From Eledone cirrhosa (Eukaryota), in NCBI GenBank assembly GCA_964016885.1, contig OZ024742.1:344968001-345032000 (forward strand): 64,000 nucleotides of DNA, in the 5' to 3' direction. The stretch's first letter is position 1. Every line of letters starts with the position of its first letter. Made by a program: the position numbers and the translations under genes. This document shows positions 62,620-64,000 of this stretch, piece after piece. The notes under the pieces were generated by a model. The model did not search any database and was not told the DNA's origin. It worked only from the letters and a program-made list of their open reading frames with translations.

Positions 62620-64000
62620 TCGCTGAATTTATATTTGTATTAATACCCGAGTCTTACAATTAACCAGTTAATAATTCTATTGAGTTCAAAACCCTTGTGA
62701 ATGGACTCAACACTAACTTACAATTCACAATGGGTTACAGCCATAAACAACTCCCTTTCCTCGACATCCTCATCAAGAAAACAAGCAACAAAATAAAAAC
62801 AGACATATACTACAAACCCACAGACTCCAAACAATACTTTCCATTCAACTCGTGCCACCCTAGACACACCAAAATGGCAATTCCTTATAACCTAGCCAGA
62901 AGGATCTGCACAATAGTTTTAGATAAATACACATGCTACACACGACTAGAAGAATTAAAAAACACACTTATCAGCAGAAACTACCCACCATCCCTTATCA
63001 CCAATGGATTTCAACGTGCCCTAAAACTAGACATCCAGGAACTCAGACACCCCAAACCCAGAAATGAACCGCAACAAAAAACTCTACCATTCATCTCCAC
63101 ACACAACCCCATCATCAATGAGACATTCAACACCATCCTCCAGAACATTCCTTTACTAAAAAGAGACCCAAGAATGAACAATATCCTTCAAACGCACAAC
63201 ATCATAAAGAGCAAAAGACAACCCAAATCCATAAAAAAACATCCTCACACAAGCCAAAATCCCAAAACCCTCACAATGAACCCTACAATAACAAAATGTG
63301 GAAGGCCCACCTGTGGCATATGCATAACTTTAATAGAAGGTTCAACATTCCATTTTAAACAAGGACAACCTTTCACAGTTAAACACAACTTTACATGTGC
63401 ATCTGAAAACCTAATCTATGTTTTGACCTGCTCAGGTTGTCAAGAGCACTACATAGAACAGACAAAAAACAGCCTCCGTCAACGTATGACCGTCCATAAA
63501 TCACAAATTAAAATACAGGAATACAGAAAGATTGCATTTAATGAACATATCGCCAATTGTGCTCTCAACCAACATCCAAACTTTAAAATTTTCCCCACTT
63601 ACAAATTCATAGACAGCGCTACTTTCATCCAACGTACCAATAAGGAAACGCATTTCATTAATAAATTCCAACCACTACTCAATGCTCTAAAATTCGGACC
63701 AATCTAAAACTGCAACAAACCATCAAACACCCTACCTAATCCTTTTTTTTTATAAATTAAATATCACCCAGCAAGAATTGCTTCCCCCTGCATATTAACT
63801 CTCTAAAAAGGGAAATCATATCAAACCTCAGTCCACCATTTGCCTCCTTCACGGAACGATGGTTCAACTAAGCACCCTTGCTATATTAACACATTTTGAA
63901 CTACTTAACTTCATTGACTGTGCTTGTAAATATCATTATCTTTTCTTCCACATTGACTTTTACGTTCCACATTATGCACGTTTTTTTTCCTTTTTCTTTT
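62620..64000 (+). mobile_element. 5'-truncated Penelope-like element (Neptune-type): RT C-terminus plus GIY-YIG (ORF 62697-63707) and 3' UTR
   Basis: LQFTM..LPFLDI..TDIYYKPTDS..SCHP.H.K; CGRPTCGIC, FTC.S.NLIY..C..C..YIEQT..LRQRM..H, KETHFI..PLLN; begins beside (TA)n. Confidence 0.92.

Overview
Repeat-saturated animal genomic DNA with no recognisable host protein-coding gene. The SINE repertoire and microsatellite density suggest a coleoid cephalopod such as Octopus; this is inference from recalled repeat motifs, not a database result. The window holds five degenerate L1/Tx1-clade LINE segments from two families, R4/Dong-clade RLE LINEs from two families, an RTE fragment, a Helitron helicase remnant, mariner/hAT/piggyBac-type MITEs, many tRNA-derived SINEs and several Penelope-like (PLE) GIY-YIG elements. 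Five observations stand out. (1) A series of small modules sits in (TA)n tracts, either as inverted arm/loop/arm/tail or carrying minimal type-I hammerhead ribozyme folds (3.4-5 kb, 12.8 kb, 57.5-60.3 kb). (2) An uninterrupted 336-aa PLE-type GIY-YIG ORF has no reverse transcriptase. (3) A ~25.6 kb stack of Tx1 (minus) and Dong (plus) LINEs splits a single short repeat copy at an (AAT)n site. (4) Two Dong copies carry a Tx1-like 5' leader. (5) A GTAAGT splice-donor consensus overlaps the ORF1 stop codon in all five Tx1 copies. Boundaries were read by eye and are approximate.
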